Shown here piece after piece: positions 1 through 10,468 of a DNA stretch of 64,000 nt (position 1 is its first letter; every line of letters begins with the position of its first letter). Made by a program: the position numbers and the translations under genes. The notes beneath the pieces are model-generated. The model ran no database searches. It was not told the DNA's origin and worked only from the letters and a program-made list of their open reading frames with translations. Location: contig CAKOXC010000001.1 of the NCBI GenBank assembly GCA_934129945.1, positions 236,152 through 300,151 of the forward strand. Direction: 5' to 3'. This stretch comes from an uncultured Bacilli bacterium. Its GTDB lineage: Bacteria > Bacillota_I > Bacilli_A > RF39 > UBA660.

Positions 1-353
1 CAGTAAAAAAAGTTGTTGATTTTTATAAAATAAAACCAGAAGATATTTTAATTATTCAAGATGATCTTGATTTACCTTTTTCTAATTTTAAATTAAAAAA
101 GAATTCTTCTTCTGGAGGACATAATGGTATTAAATCAATAATTGAACTGTTAAATACGAATAGTTTTTGTAGATTAAAGATTGGAATAGCACATGATAGA
201 AGTATTGATACCAAAAATTATGTTTTAGCCAAATTTAGTTATCAAAATATTTTAGATATAAATAATAAAATGGCTTTATATCATGAGATAATTAATTATT
301 TTATTGATAATGGTGCCGATAAAACTATTAGTAAATATAACTCAATGAGGTAA
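1..353 (+). CDS. pth: peptidyl-tRNA hydrolase, 3' portion (starts upstream of window)
   Basis: Translation ...GGHNGIKSIIELLNTNSFCRLKIGIAHD... matches the Pth family; TAA at 351-353; sits immediately upstream of mfd as in Bacillus and Clostridium. Confidence 0.85.
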   Translation, partial: VKKVVDFYKIKPEDILIIQDDLDLPFSNFKLKKNSSSGGHNGIKSIIELLNTNSFCRLKIGIAHDRSIDTKNYVLAKFSYQNILDINNKMALYHEIINYFIDNGADKTISKYNSMR

Positions 354-356
354 AAA

Positions 357-3300
357 ATGGATATTTTTAATGATTTTAAATATGATAATAATATTATAAT
401 ACAAGGTTTAACAAAAGAGTTAAACACTTTTTACGTGCAAAATTTATATAATAATACACAAAAAAATATTTTGATTGTAACAAGTACCCTTTTTGAAGCT
501 AATCAGATTTTTAAAAATTTGAAAACATATTTAGATAATGTTTATTTATTTCCAATGGATGATTTTTTAACTAGTGTTGCACTTGCTGTTTCACCTGAAT
601 TTAAAGTAAAAAGACTTGAAACATTAGATAAAATAAAAGAAAAGAGAAGTATTGTAATAACAAATTTAACTGGATATTTAAGATATTTACCAGATATAAA
701 TATAAAAGATAAACTTAATTTAGAAATAACTAAATCAACTAAGATTAATAGAGAAAAGTTAGAAGAAATCTTAGATAAATATGGTTACAATAAAGAAACT
801 TTAGTAACTACTACTGGAGAGTATGCCGTAAGAGGATATGTTATAGATATATTTTTAATAAACGAAGAACATCCGATTAGAATTGAATTTTTTGGATCAA
901 ATATAGACTCAATACGATATTTTAATGAATCTACACAATTATCAATAAAACAATTAGATAGCATTAATATTACTCCAAATAAAGAAGTAACTACTACCAA
1001 AAATAGTAGTATTTATGATTATTTAAAAGAACCTATTACAATTTTTTATAATAGAAGTCAAATAGAAAATAGTTATAAAAAAATGTTAGAAGATATTATA
1101 AATTATAATAAAGAAATTGATTCAAATGAAAAATATATGTTTGATTTTGAAGAAATAAATCCTAATTATCAAATTTTTATAAATACTTTTGAAAATGAAA
1201 ATAGCAAAAATGCATTAACTTTTACAAGTAAAGAAATTGAAAATTTTAATTCTAATTATGACAAATTAAAAGATTTTGTTAATAGTAAGATTATTAAGAA
1301 AAAAACAGTTATTTTTTGCCTATCTAAAGATTCTCAAATAAAAATAATTAAAGAATTATTTCCAGATGCTATTGTAACTAAAAATATTATTAATAACAGT
1401 ATTAATATTATAAATAAACAAATTAATAATGGATTTGAATATAAAGATTATGTAGTAATTGGTGAATTTGATATAGAAAAAGTTCATAGCACTTCTATAA
1501 AATATAAAAATAATTATCATATTGGGAAAAAAATAAAAGATATTGATTCTTTATCATTAGGGGATTATGTGGTTCATAGACAACATGGAATAGGAATTTA
1601 TAATGGAATAATTACTTTAAATACTAGTGGTATAAAAAAAGATTATCTTCAAATTAATTATAAAGATACTGATAAAGTTTATATACCAGTAGAAAAAATA
1701 TCATCTATTTATAAATATAGTGATAAGGACGGGACAAAGCCTAAAATTAATAAACTAAATTCTACTCCATGGGCAAAAACAAAACAAACTTTACAGAAAA
1801 AAATTAAAGATATTTCCGAAGAGCTTATCAAATTATATTCTATTAGAAATAGTATAAAAGGAGAAGCTTATGTTCCAAATGAACTTGAAAGTCAATTTGA
1901 TAGTGAATTTGAATATGAATTAACTAGAGATCAAGAAAAAGTAATAAATGAAATTTATAGAGATTTAGATAGTGTTGTTCCTATGGATCGACTTTTATGT
2001 GGAGATGTAGGTTTTGGTAAAACAGAAGTAGCATTTAGAGCAATTTTTAGAACCGTTTTAAATAATAAACAAGTTTGTTATTTATGTCCTACAACAATAT
2101 TATCTAAGCAGCAGTATGAATCTGCTTTAAATAGATTTAAAAATTATCCTGTTGAAATAGCATTATTAAATAGATTTACTACTCCTAAAGAAGTAAAACG
2201 AATAAAAGAAGGATTAAAAACAGGTGTTATTGATATCGTATTTGGAACACATAGATTACTTAGTGATGATATTGAATACAAAAAATTGGGGCTTTTAATA
2301 GTTGACGAAGAACAACGCTTTGGTGTTACTCATAAAGAAAAAATTAAAAAATATAAAAATGATGTTAATGTATTAACATTATCTGCAACCCCAATACCAA
2401 GAACATTAAAAATGGCTATGTCTGGGTTAAGAGATTTATCCGTTATAGATACACCACCTGTTAATAGATATCCAGTTCAGACTTATGTTTTACAAGAAAA
2501 TGATGTGATAATAAGAGATGCTATTTACAAAGAATTAAGTCGAAATGGACAAGTATTTATTTTATATAATAAAGTTGAAACAATTGAAAATGAAGTTGAA
2601 AAAATTAAGAAATTAGTACCGGAAGCTCGTATAAAATATGCTCATGGGCAAATGAGTAAAACTGAGCTTGATGATATAATGACTGAATTTACCGAATATG
2701 AATTTGATATATTAGTTTGTACAACAATTATTGAAACTGGTATAGATATTCAAAATGCAAATACTTTAATCATTATTGATGCTGATTATTTTGGACTTGC
2801 TCAGTTATATCAAATAAGAGGAAGAGTTGGAAGAAGTGACAAAATAGCTTATGCATATTTGCTATATAATAAGTCAAAAGTTTTAAATGAAACTTCTGTA
2901 AAAAGATTACAAGCAATTAAAGAATTTACAGAATTAGGTAGTGGTTATCGTATTGCAATGAGAGATTTATCAATAAGAGGCGCCGGAGATATTATAGGTA
3001 GCGAACAAGCCGGGTTCGTTGATACAGTAGGAATTTCCTTATATATGAAAATGGTAGAAGAAGAAATAAAAAGATTAAACGGTGAAAAAGTTGAAGAAGA
3101 GGATGACAAACCAGCATTAGTTAACGTTGAAACAGCAATAGATGATAATTATGTTAAAGATGAAGAATTAAAAATAGAAATACATCAAAAAATTAATGAA
3201 ATTGATAGTTATGAAAAATTGCTTGATACAAAAAAAGAACTTGAAGATAGATTTGGTAAAGTAAGTAGTGAACTAGAAGTTTATATGTATGAAGAATGGT

Positions 3301-3563
3301 TTGAAAAAATATCAGAAGATTTAAAAATTACTAAAGTAATTCAAAATGAGAGATTTGTTGAAATAGAATTACCAGAAGAAATATCTTCTCAAACTAAAGG
3401 TGATAAATTATTTTTAGAATCTTATAATATAAATCCTAATTTCAAATTTAGATATTTTAATAAACGTATTATTATATCTTTACCACTTAAAGGTTTAGAA
3501 AAACACTTTTTATATTACTTTGTTCCTTTATTAAATATCATAAAAAATGATTTACAGTTATAG
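357..3563 (+). CDS. mfd: transcription-repair coupling factor Mfd (1068 aa)
   Basis: SF2 helicase motifs GDVGFGKTEVA and DEEQRFG; TRCF/CarD-like region; conserved pth-mfd-spoVT order. Confidence 0.95.
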   Translation: MDIFNDFKYDNNIIIQGLTKELNTFYVQNLYNNTQKNILIVTSTLFEANQIFKNLKTYLDNVYLFPMDDFLTSVALAVSPEFKVKRLETLDKIKEKRSIVITNLTGYLRYLPDINIKDKLNLEITKSTKINREKLEEILDKYGYNKETLVTTTGEYAVRGYVIDIFLINEEHPIRIEFFGSNIDSIRYFNESTQLSIKQLDSINITPNKEVTTTKNSSIYDYLKEPITIFYNRSQIENSYKKMLEDIINYNKEIDSNEKYMFDFEEINPNYQIFINTFENENSKNALTFTSKEIENFNSNYDKLKDFVNSKIIKKKTVIFCLSKDSQIKIIKELFPDAIVTKNIINNSINIINKQINNGFEYKDYVVIGEFDIEKVHSTSIKYKNNYHIGKKIKDIDSLSLGDYVVHRQHGIGIYNGIITLNTSGIKKDYLQINYKDTDKVYIPVEKISSIYKYSDKDGTKPKINKLNSTPWAKTKQTLQKKIKDISEELIKLYSIRNSIKGEAYVPNELESQFDSEFEYELTRDQEKVINEIYRDLDSVVPMDRLLCGDVGFGKTEVAFRAIFRTVLNNKQVCYLCPTTILSKQQYESALNRFKNYPVEIALLNRFTTPKEVKRIKEGLKTGVIDIVFGTHRLLSDDIEYKKLGLLIVDEEQRFGVTHKEKIKKYKNDVNVLTLSATPIPRTLKMAMSGLRDLSVIDTPPVNRYPVQTYVLQENDVIIRDAIYKELSRNGQVFILYNKVETIENEVEKIKKLVPEARIKYAHGQMSKTELDDIMTEFTEYEFDILVCTTIIETGIDIQNANTLIIIDADYFGLAQLYQIRGRVGRSDKIAYAYLLYNKSKVLNETSVKRLQAIKEFTELGSGYRIAMRDLSIRGAGDIIGSEQAGFVDTVGISLYMKMVEEEIKRLNGEKVEEEDDKPALVNVETAIDDNYVKDEELKIEIHQKINEIDSYEKLLDTKKELEDRFGKVSSELEVYMYEEWFEKISEDLKITKVIQNERFVEIELPEEISSQTKGDKLFLESYNINPNFKFRYFNKRIIISLPLKGLEKHFLYYFVPLLNIIKNDLQL

Positions 3564-3611
3564 AAAATAATATCCTGTGTACAATAATATTATGAATGGA
3601 GGAAACTCTAA

Positions 3612-4097
3612 ATGAAGTCCACAGGAGTAATAAGAAGAATTGATGAATTAGGAAGAATCGTTATACCTAAAGAAATAAGAAAAAATTTAGGTATTAGAGA
3701 AGGCGATAATTTAGAAATATTAATAGAAAATGATAAATTAACTCTTCAAAAATTTTCAAAAATAACTAATTATCAGGAGGATATTGAAAATATTATATAT
3801 AATATAGCGGGATCTTTTAATATAAAAATAAATTTTTATGATCGAGAAAAACTTATATTTGCTACTGATAACGATTTTAAAAATATAAATGCTCAAAAAA
3901 TTTTAAATGAGATAATTAATGATCGAAAAGAAGAAACTATTGAATTAGAAAACTATAAACTTTTTTGTAAACCTATTATTATACTTTCTGATGTAACTGG
4001 AATTTTAGTTTTTGAAGTTAATAATAACATGAATGAAATTAATAAAATTGCTAATTTTTTAACAAATGTAATAACAAATAAAATAGATATTTCTTGA
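3612..4097 (+). CDS. spoVT: AbrB-family stage V sporulation regulator SpoVT
   Basis: N-terminal AbrB swapped-hairpin motif GVIRRIDELGRIVIPKEIR; 161 aa with a C-terminal extension; directly downstream of mfd. Confidence 0.85.
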   Translation: MKSTGVIRRIDELGRIVIPKEIRKNLGIREGDNLEILIENDKLTLQKFSKITNYQEDIENIIYNIAGSFNIKINFYDREKLIFATDNDFKNINAQKILNEIINDRKEETIELENYKLFCKPIIILSDVTGILVFEVNNNMNEINKIANFLTNVITNKIDIS

Positions 4098-4109
4098 AAT
4101 AAATATTAA

Positions 4110-4335
4110 TACATGTTACAATACCTTTGAATTTAGCAATGAAGGAAAGAGTAAATAACATAGTTTTGTAGAGAGTTAATGGTTGGTGAAAATTAACAAA
4201 TGAAATTATTGAACATGGTTCTGGAGTTAAAACGTTTAATTCGCGTTAAGAATAAAGTGTATGAATAATTCATAAACTAAGGTGGTACCGCGGAAAATTT
4301 CCGTCCTTAGATTTATGAATTTTTTTATTAGAAAG
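4110..4335 (+). promoter_or_regulatory. T-box leader (tRNA-sensing riboswitch) with terminator/antiterminator preceding metG
   Basis: AGAGA-like box (tagagag), conserved T-box sequence aaGGTGGTACCGCGg at about 4281-4296, then a hairpin (cataaactaagg...ccttagatttatg) followed by a U-run just before the metG RBS. Confidence 0.8.
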
Positions 4336-4345
4336 AAGGAATATT

Positions 4346-5884
4346 ATGGAAAGTAAAGGAAAATATTATATAAGTACAGCTATAGCTTATACATCTGGTA
4401 AACCACATATTGGAAATACATATGAAATTGTATTAGCTGATGCTATTGCAAGATTTAAAAGATTACAAGGATATGATGTTTATTTTCAAACTGGTACTGA
4501 TGAGCATGGTGAAAAAATCGAATTAAAAGCTAAAGAAAAAGGTATAGAACCAAAACAATTTGTTGATGAAGTTTCTACAGAAATTAAAAGAATTTGGGAT
4601 ATAATGAATACTAGTTATGATAAATTTGTAAGAACTACAGATACAAATCATGAAAAAGTAGTCCAACATATTTTTAAAAGAATGTACGAACAAGGAGATA
4701 TTTATAAAAGTGAATATAAAGGATTATATTGTACTCCTTGTGAATCTTTTTGGACAGAATCTCAATTAGTAGATGGAAAATGTCCTGATTGTGGAAGAGA
4801 TGTAGAAACTAAAAGTGAAGAAGCTTATTTCTTTAAATTATCTAAATACCAAAAAAGATTAGAAGATTATATAGAATCTCATCCAGATTTTATCCAACCT
4901 GTAGCTAGAAAAAATGAAATGTTAAATAATTTTATTAAACCTGGTCTACAAGATTTATGCGTCTCAAGAACATCATTTAAATGGGGTATACCAGTAGATT
5001 TTGATTCAAAACATGTAGTATATGTATGGCTTGATGCTTTAACAAATTATATTACTAATATTGGTTATGATGTTGATAATGAATCAGATGAATTTAAAAC
5101 AAAATGGCCAGCTGATTTACATTTAATTGGAAAAGATATAATAAGATTTCATACTATTTATTGGCCATGTTTTCTAATGAGTTTAGGTCTAGAGATGCCT
5201 AAACAAGTTTTTGGTCATCCTTGGTTAATTATGGCTGATGGAAAAATGAGCAAATCTAAAGGTAATGTAGTATATGCTGATGATTTAGCAGAAGAATTTG
5301 GGGTTGATGCTGTAAGATATTATTTCTTACATGAAATTCCATTTGCATCTGATGGTGTATTTACTAAAGATCTATTAATTGAAAGAATTAATGGTGATTT
5401 AGTTAATATTTTAGGAAATTTAATAAATAGAACAGTAAGTATGAACTTTAAATATTTTGATGGTGTAATAGAAAATCCAAATATTGAAGAAGAATTAGAT
5501 AAAGACTTAAAAAATAATGTTCTTTCATTAAAATCTAAAGTAGAAAATAGAATGAATGAATTAAAAGTTGGTGAAGCAATTGAAGAAATCTTTGAAGTTC
5601 TAAGAAAATGTAATAAGTATATTGATGAAACAATGCCATGGAGTTTAGCAAAAGACGAAGATAAAAAGGATAGATTAAAAACAGTTTTATACAATTTATT
5701 AGAAAGTATTCGAATTTGTTCAGTTTTATTACAACCATTTATGCCTGAAACAAGTGAAAAAATATTTAAACAATTGAATACAACTATTTCAGATTATGAT
5801 TCAATAAATGAATTTGGTGCTTTAGAACAAGGAAAAACTTTAAATGAACCTACTCATTTATTTGATAGAATCGATACAAAATAA
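4346..5884 (+). CDS. metG: methionyl-tRNA synthetase, short form
   Basis: Class I aaRS motifs HIGN (KPHIGNTYE) and KMSKS; zinc knuckle CTPCE...CPDCG; T-box leader upstream. Confidence 0.95.
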   Translation: MESKGKYYISTAIAYTSGKPHIGNTYEIVLADAIARFKRLQGYDVYFQTGTDEHGEKIELKAKEKGIEPKQFVDEVSTEIKRIWDIMNTSYDKFVRTTDTNHEKVVQHIFKRMYEQGDIYKSEYKGLYCTPCESFWTESQLVDGKCPDCGRDVETKSEEAYFFKLSKYQKRLEDYIESHPDFIQPVARKNEMLNNFIKPGLQDLCVSRTSFKWGIPVDFDSKHVVYVWLDALTNYITNIGYDVDNESDEFKTKWPADLHLIGKDIIRFHTIYWPCFLMSLGLEMPKQVFGHPWLIMADGKMSKSKGNVVYADDLAEEFGVDAVRYYFLHEIPFASDGVFTKDLLIERINGDLVNILGNLINRTVSMNFKYFDGVIENPNIEEELDKDLKNNVLSLKSKVENRMNELKVGEAIEEIFEVLRKCNKYIDETMPWSLAKDEDKKDRLKTVLYNLLESIRICSVLLQPFMPETSEKIFKQLNTTISDYDSINEFGALEQGKTLNEPTHLFDRIDTK

Positions 5885-5932
5885 ATATTTCCCAGGAAAT
5901 ATTTTTTTGTTATAATTTAAGAGGTGAGAATA

Positions 5933-6679
5933 ATGTTTACAGATACACATTGTCATATTTATAAAGAATATTATGATAATATTCAAGACATAATTAATGA
6001 AAGTAAAACTAATGGTGTAAATAGATGGATTAATGCTGGATGTAATAAGAAGTCTAATGAAGAAGTAATAAAATTATTGGAAATTCCAGATATGTATGGA
6101 GTAATTGGAATTCATCCTGAAGATGTTTTAAATTATTGTAATAAAGACATGGAATTTATTGAAAAAAATATAAATCAAGTAAAAATTCTTGGTATTGGTG
6201 AAATTGGCCTTGATTATTACTACACTAAAGAAAATAAAAAAGAACAAATAGAATTATTTAATAAACAACTGGCTATTGCTGAAAAGTACAATAAGCCAGT
6301 AGTTATTCATAGTAGAGAAGCTACTTTTGATACTATAGATAATTTAAAAAAATACAAAGTAAAAGGAGTAATTCATTCCTTTAATGGAAGTTTAGAAACA
6401 GCTAAAATATATATTAAAATGGGATTTTTATTAGGGGTTAATGGTGTTATAACTTTTAAAAATTGTAATATTAAAGACGTTATTAAAGAAGTAGGACTAG
6501 AAAATATAATTTTAGAAACTGATAGTCCTTACTTAACTCCTCATCCATACCGGGGAAAACAAAATTCTCCTAAACATATTATCGATATTGCAAAATTTGT
6601 AGCAGATTTGTATAACGTGTCTTTAGAAGAATTAGAAAATATTACCAATAATAATATTAAGCGTATTTTTGACATTTAA
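5933..6679 (+). CDS. tatD: TatD-family metal-dependent DNase/hydrolase
   Basis: N-terminal FTDTHCHI motif and TatD-like length; ATG at 5933 is better spaced from RBS aagagg than the GTG at 5924. Confidence 0.9.
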   Translation: MFTDTHCHIYKEYYDNIQDIINESKTNGVNRWINAGCNKKSNEEVIKLLEIPDMYGVIGIHPEDVLNYCNKDMEFIEKNINQVKILGIGEIGLDYYYTKENKKEQIELFNKQLAIAEKYNKPVVIHSREATFDTIDNLKKYKVKGVIHSFNGSLETAKIYIKMGFLLGVNGVITFKNCNIKDVIKEVGLENIILETDSPYLTPHPYRGKQNSPKHIIDIAKFVADLYNVSLEELENITNNNIKRIFDI

Positions 6680-6724
6680 ATACACATGTGTTAAAATATT
6701 TTTACTATATAAAGAGGTGATAAG

Positions 6725-7264
6725 ATGAATAACAAATTGCTTAAAAAAGCTTTTAAAATAATTCGTCTTTCTATAATAGTTGTAGTTTTATTAATAGCTG
6801 AAACATCTTCAAAAAAGTATGAAAATAAAATAGAAAGTGTTAATGAAAATAGAACTATTAATTTGACAACAATGGCACTTAAATTAGAAGAAGAAATATC
6901 AAATGATTTGTATGCTACAAAAGATACATATACTGGTGATTTAACAGGATATACAGCTGATTGTCCATTATGTTCTGGAAGACTTGCTTGTACTCCAAAC
7001 TATAATGTATTAAATGGAACAGAAACATATCCAGATGCTTCTTATGGAAATGTTAGAATAGTTGCTTCAAGTAAAAATTTACCTTGTGGTACAGTAATTA
7101 GATTTAATAAAGCCAATGTTTCTAATAATCCAATTATAGCAATTGTACTTGACCGTGGTGTTATTGGTAATGATATAGATTTATTATCTAATAGTAATGA
7201 CTATGCAGTTAAAACAATTGGAAGATCTTCTATAAGTTATGATATACTAAGAACTGGGTGGTAA
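6725..7264 (+). CDS. 3D-domain (YabE/YuiC-like) membrane-anchored cell-wall protein
   Basis: N-terminal TM segment; C-terminal LPCGTVIRF...AIVLDRGVIGNDIDLL matches 3D domain consensus; position equivalent to B. subtilis yabE. Confidence 0.7.
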   Translation: MNNKLLKKAFKIIRLSIIVVVLLIAETSSKKYENKIESVNENRTINLTTMALKLEEEISNDLYATKDTYTGDLTGYTADCPLCSGRLACTPNYNVLNGTETYPDASYGNVRIVASSKNLPCGTVIRFNKANVSNNPIIAIVLDRGVIGNDIDLLSNSNDYAVKTIGRSSISYDILRTGW

Positions 7265-7292
7265 ACCTAGTTTTTTTAAGAGGTGAATATAT

Positions 7293-8075
7293 ATGAAAGA
7301 ATTACAAGCAAAAAAAAGTCTTGGTCAAAATTTTTTAAAAGATGAAAATGTCTTAAATAAAATAGCTAATTCTATTGATACTGATAATGATTTAATTATT
7401 GAAATTGGACCAGGAATGGGCGCTTTAACAAAAAAATTAAAAAATAAAAATTCATATTTGATTGCATATGAAATTGATGAAAGAACAAAAGAATATTTAC
7501 TTCCTTTAGAGGATGAAAAAACTAAAATAATTTATAAAGATTTTTTAAAAACTGAAATTAAAGAAGATATAAAAAATTTAGACTATAAATATAATAATAT
7601 TTATATAATTGCAAATATTCCATATTATATAACAACACCAATTATTGAACATATCATTGATGAAAAAATAGATGTAAAAGCTATGTCATTACTTGTACAA
7701 AATGAAGTAGCAAATAGATTTAGTGCTAAAAGCAAAACTAAAGATTATGGTGCTATTACAGTATATTTAAATAATTATTTTGATATTGAGAAACTATTTG
7801 TTGTTAAAAATACATGTTTTAATCCAGTGCCAAAAGTTGATAGTGCTGTTGTCAAATTTACAAGAAAAGATACAGTTTTAGAAGATAAAGAATTTTATAA
7901 TTTTTTAAATACGTGTTTTGCTCAAAAAAGAAAAACTTTAAAAAATAATTTAAAGAAATATGATTGGAATCAAGTTAAATCTATTTTAAATAAATACAAT
8001 ATTTTAGAAAATTGTCGTGCCGAAGAACTAGATTTAGAAGTATTTAAAGAATTATATAAAGAATTAGGTAAATAA
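7293..8075 (+). CDS. rsmA: 16S rRNA (adenine1518/1519-N6) dimethyltransferase
   Basis: LGQNFL motif, SAM-binding IEIGPGMGALT, KsgA length and context. Confidence 0.93.
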   Translation: MKELQAKKSLGQNFLKDENVLNKIANSIDTDNDLIIEIGPGMGALTKKLKNKNSYLIAYEIDERTKEYLLPLEDEKTKIIYKDFLKTEIKEDIKNLDYKYNNIYIIANIPYYITTPIIEHIIDEKIDVKAMSLLVQNEVANRFSAKSKTKDYGAITVYLNNYFDIEKLFVVKNTCFNPVPKVDSAVVKFTRKDTVLEDKEFYNFLNTCFAQKRKTLKNNLKKYDWNQVKSILNKYNILENCRAEELDLEVFKELYKELGK

Positions 8076-8111
8076 TTGACCTTTTAGGCATATAATATAG
8101 TGGTGATATAA

Positions 8112-8885
8112 GTGGATATCAAAAAAGGAGATTATGTTTCAAGAAAAAGTTATAATAATGACATAATTTTTAAAGTTATAAACATTAAGAATGACGTCTA
8201 TTATTTAAAAGGCGCCGATGTTAGATTATATGCTGATAGTTTTTTAGAAGATTTGATTAAAGAAGAGATTAAAGAAAAAAAAGAAGAAATTTCCACAGAA
8301 TTACAAGATAATAATTCAGATAGAGGAGATTTTTTTTATTTGCCAGCTAAAATATTACATATAGATGGAGATAGTGAGTATTTAGATAGATGTCTAAAAT
8401 ACTATAAAAATTTAAACGTCTATGCTATTGGAAAAAAAATAAGAGAAGATAAAATTTATGAAGAAATTTATGATTTATTAGAAGAATATAAGCCTGATAT
8501 TGTTATAATTACAGGACACGATGCATTTTATAAAAAGAAAAAGGATACTACTGATATAAGGAATTATAAAAATTCATTAAATTTTGTTAATGCAGTTAAA
8601 ATGGCAAGAAAATATGAAAAATCTCATGATAAATTAGTTATAATAGCAGGGGCTTGTCAAAGTGATTATGAAGAATTAATAAAAGCGGGAGCCAATTTTG
8701 CTTCAAGTCCTAAAAGAATAAATATTCATGCCTTAGATCCAGCAATAATTGCATCATCACTTGCTTTAACCGAGCGAAATAAAGAAATTGATCTTTTAGA
8801 ATTATTAGAAAAAACAAAATATGGAAAAGATGGTATTGGTGGCCTTAAAAGTAATGGATTAATGTTTGTTGGATATCCGAGATAA
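8112..8885 (+). CDS. yabG: sporulation-specific protease YabG (peptidase U57)
   Basis: Follows ksgA and precedes veg as in Bacillus; similarity to YabG family (ITGHDAFYKKK... region); GTG start. Confidence 0.75.
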   Translation: MDIKKGDYVSRKSYNNDIIFKVINIKNDVYYLKGADVRLYADSFLEDLIKEEIKEKKEEISTELQDNNSDRGDFFYLPAKILHIDGDSEYLDRCLKYYKNLNVYAIGKKIREDKIYEEIYDLLEEYKPDIVIITGHDAFYKKKKDTTDIRNYKNSLNFVNAVKMARKYEKSHDKLVIIAGACQSDYEELIKAGANFASSPKRINIHALDPAIIASSLALTERNKEIDLLELLEKTKYGKDGIGGLKSNGLMFVGYPR

Positions 8886-8897
8886 GAAAGGAAAATT

Positions 8898-9110
8898 ATG
8901 AATATTGATGATGTGAAAACTCAAATCAAAAATAATTTATATAGTAATATAGAAATAAAAGTATATGGTATGAGAAATAAAAACTCTACTTATGTTGGAT
9001 ATATTTCTAATGTTTATCCGGCAATATTTACAGTAAGAATTAATGGTGTTGATAAAAGTTTTAATTATGTTGACGTCTTAACCGGAGAAGTTAAAATAAA
9101 ATATTATTAA
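8898..9110 (+). CDS. veg: Veg protein
   Basis: About 70 aa, YPAIFTV...V motif resembling Veg; conserved position after yabG. Confidence 0.7.
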   Translation: MNIDDVKTQIKNNLYSNIEIKVYGMRNKNSTYVGYISNVYPAIFTVRINGVDKSFNYVDVLTGEVKIKYY

Positions 9111-9179
9111 TTACTTGCAAAAATTTACACATATGATAAAATAATATTAAGTTAGAATAACTTTAGGAGGAGTGGTGTT

Positions 9180-9446
9180 ATGGAAATTACATCAGTAAAT
9201 GTACACAAAATTGAAAAAGAAGGAAAAAGAATTAAAGGTTTAGCTACAGTTGTTATCGATAATTCATTTGCAATTCATGATATTAGAATAATTGAAGGTG
9301 ATAATGGCTTATTTATAGCAATGCCAAGTAGAAAAACTCCAACTGGAGATTATAGAGATATTGCTCATCCAATTAATCCAGACGTTAGAAAAATGTTTGA
9401 AGATGCAATTTTTGAAGAATATAACAAAGAAGATGCAGAAAATTAA
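9180..9446 (+). CDS. spoVG: septation/sporulation regulator SpoVG
   Basis: MEITSVNVHKI...HDIRIIEGDNGLFIAMPSRKTPTGDYRDIAHPIN is a near-canonical SpoVG sequence. Confidence 0.95.
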   Translation: MEITSVNVHKIEKEGKRIKGLATVVIDNSFAIHDIRIIEGDNGLFIAMPSRKTPTGDYRDIAHPINPDVRKMFEDAIFEEYNKEDAEN

Positions 9447-9492
9447 ACTCATATTTATGAGTTTTTTTAATACAATTTACTAGGGTGATAAA

Positions 9493-9777
9493 ATGCAAAA
9501 TGATAATGTATTAATTGGTAACCATGAAGTAAAAATGACTGATAGAAAAACTATTTATTTGACGGGTATAAAAAAAATAGTAAGTTTTGATAATGAAGAA
9601 TTTTTAATGGAAAGTAACATGGGAGTAATTCTACTTAAAGGTGAAAGTTTAGAACTAAATAAATTAGATACTTCCGATGGAAATGTTAAAATTAAAGGAA
9701 AAATAAATAGTTTATCTTATGTTGATGGAAAAACTAAAAATAAAGATGAAGGAATATTTACTAAGTTATTTAAATAA
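9493..9777 (+). CDS. yabP: sporulation protein YabP
   Basis: 94 aa; YabP-like LTGIKKIVSFD motif; followed by a YabQ-like membrane protein and divIC. Confidence 0.8.
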   Translation: MQNDNVLIGNHEVKMTDRKTIYLTGIKKIVSFDNEEFLMESNMGVILLKGESLELNKLDTSDGNVKIKGKINSLSYVDGKTKNKDEGIFTKLFK

Positions 9778-10079
9778 TGGATAATAAATTACAAATAATA
9801 ACTTTTATATTTTCTTTTATTTATGGCTTTTCTTTCTTTTACTTAGAAGAATTAAATTATCTAATAAATAAAAAAAATAAATGTTTTATTAAATATTTAA
9901 ATAATACATTATTTATTTTAAATATGGTACTTATTTATGTTATTATAAATTATAAAATTAATAACGGTTATTTTCATATTTATTTTTTAATAACAATAGT
10001 ACTAGGTTACTTTCTTGCAAATTATACACAAAATAATGTAAAGAATTTAATTAATAAGTACAAAAAGAAAAATAAGTGA
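9777..10079 (+). CDS. yabQ: spore cortex membrane protein YabQ
   Basis: 100-aa polytopic hydrophobic protein overlapping yabP stop (ATGA); conserved yabP-yabQ-divIC order. Confidence 0.7.
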   Translation: MDNKLQIITFIFSFIYGFSFFYLEELNYLINKKNKCFIKYLNNTLFILNMVLIYVIINYKINNGYFHIYFLITIVLGYFLANYTQNNVKNLINKYKKKNK

Positions 10080-10095
10080 TATAATTGTCTAAAGA

Positions 10096-10401
10096 ATGGA
10101 TGATTATATGAAAGGTAAAATAACAAAAAAAGTAAAAAGAAGATTATTTTTTCAAACAGTATTTTTATTTGTTTTAGTTTTTGCATTAATTTTCTCTGTA
10201 TTTAATGATTGGTCAAAAATATTACAAAATAAAAGAAAAATAAATTCACTAAATAGTGAATATACTTCACTTTTAGAAAAAGAAGAATCATTAAATTCAG
10301 AAGTAACAAAATTACAAGATCCAGATTATGTTGCAAGATATGCTAGAGAAAAGTATATGTATTCGTTACCTGATGAAGTAATTATTCGTATACCAGAATA
10401 A
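10096..10401 (+). CDS. divIC: septum formation initiator DivIC/FtsB family
   Basis: Single TM then coiled coil and conserved C-terminal DPDYVARYAREKYMYS motif. Confidence 0.85.
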   Translation: MDDYMKGKITKKVKRRLFFQTVFLFVLVFALIFSVFNDWSKILQNKRKINSLNSEYTSLLEKEESLNSEVTKLQDPDYVARYAREKYMYSLPDEVIIRIPE

Positions 10402-10468
10402 GATAAACACTTTGTGTTTGTCTTTTTTCAAAAAAATGGTATAATATCAAAGCATTTTGGAGGATAAT

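Noticed and set aside
785-1000. Minus-strand ORFs embedded in annotated genes (785-1000, 5320-5694, 5535-5738, 12922-13107, 15373-15639, 16309-16605, 22646-22900, 27921-28367, 37743-38279, 38610-39005 and others)
   Set aside because: Each lies antisense inside a well-supported gene. They are Ile/Leu/Phe/Ser-rich, as expected from reading AT-rich DNA out of frame, and none has an RBS or a motif. They are treated as spurious.
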